Origin: Raillietiella orientalis
Taxonomy: Eukaryota
Length of the DNA stretch: 64,000 nt
Reading direction: 5' to 3'
Assembly (NCBI GenBank): GCA_036172245.1
Contig: JAYWIR010000030.1
Location: 124,001 to 188,000 of the forward strand
The translations under genes were made by a program, and so were the position numbers. Below are positions 63,071-64,000 of this stretch, in pieces; the first letter of the stretch is position 1; each line of letters starts with the position of its first letter. The notes under the pieces are model-generated. The model was not told the DNA's origin. It saw only the letters and a list, made by a program, of their open reading frames with translations, and searched no databases.

Positions 63071-64000
63071 TTTAGGGGATCCTAATGAGCTCATGAAATC
63101 TACAGTAGAATGAAGGGAGACCCACCAGAAGATCCCGGAAAAAAGGCAGAAAATACTGATGACTACGCTTTCTCAAAAAGAGTACATAAAGTAAGATGTA
63201 CACTGGTATGTAGCGACCACACCGAAACATCCTTGTGGAACTGCAAACTGTTAGTACGAAACTAAATCCAAAAGGGCGAGCCGGCTTTTCTAAAGGATCA
63301 AAGGCAACCAGAGCCACCATGCAGGAAAAAAAGAAAGGATTTCTCAATCTGCATTTTTGGAAGAGAAGCTCATATTTCGCAGCTACACTTCGAGCACTTA
63401 CGCTGGTGCACACTTGTGAACACGTATCGCAGCGCACCTTCCTGCCTCGCACCTCAACGCGACGCAGGTCCTGAACCGATGTGTTTTTCCTTCCTCCAGC
63501 TGATTAGGGCCATTTTGTTTCTGTGGTCACTAACCCCGAAGAGGTAACCTCCGTAGGGTCGTCGACTCTTTGGAGTGCTTCGGCCCCCTCCGAGGGAAGT
63601 CAATTGTTTGCCGTTCTGTGGTCAGCGGTGTAGTTTTCCGTAGGGGAATTTCCACGCCCCGCGAGATGCCAATCCACGAAGCTGAGCGTGAACGTAGCTG
63701 TTCCCGGAGATACCGCAAAGCACGCGTGGTCGAGCTCCAGGTGACCAGCCCCGAATTGGTGGAATGAGTCGAGAGGCGGCCGACTCCCTCCGTGGTCCAC
63801 CCCCACACAACGCGAGCTTCAGACGGTTACTCCCTCTTCCCTACAAGATGGAGGGGAAACTGATGAGTGTGTGTTCGTTTGCTGCCAAGCTACGAAACCT
63901 CGGTCTGTCGGTGCTCAGCGACGACTGCATCGTGATGCTCATCTGCAAGACCTTTCCGGTGGCTCAGAGACTTTAAGGTCTCAGCTGACCGTTGAGAGAT

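Noticed and set aside
63848..63976. Copia gag-like peptide KLRNLGLSVLSDDCIVMLICKTFP
   Set aside because: Too short, ends in a stop at the window edge, and has no supporting LTR or pol sequence.

Overview
Eukaryotic (invertebrate animal) genomic DNA with many 40-60 nt introns. Three intact, cleanly spliceable genes lie on the + strand: the 3' part of a laminin alpha chain (LAMA1/2 / wing blister type; coiled-coil plus LG1-LG5; 4638-17883), a complete MARK/Par-1 kinase (41115-49301) and a complete MacroD-type macrodomain gene (51054-57881). The main unexplained signal is on the - strand. From about 63.8 kb down to about 0.7 kb, the long introns and intergenic gaps of all three genes carry degenerate, frameshifted cadherin-repeat sequence. 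This ends in EGF/LamG-like remnants, a TM-like segment and Dachsous-type cytoplasmic motifs. I interpret it as a giant Dachsous/Fat-family cadherin fossil interdigitated with three live genes. Also present: a tRNA-headed SINE family whose body is an array of small hairpins (6 copies or fragments), decayed Ty3/Gypsy and LINE fragments, microsatellites, and a sharp GC-rich / AT-rich / intermediate compositional zoning. All homology calls were made by eye from remembered family motifs; no searches were run.
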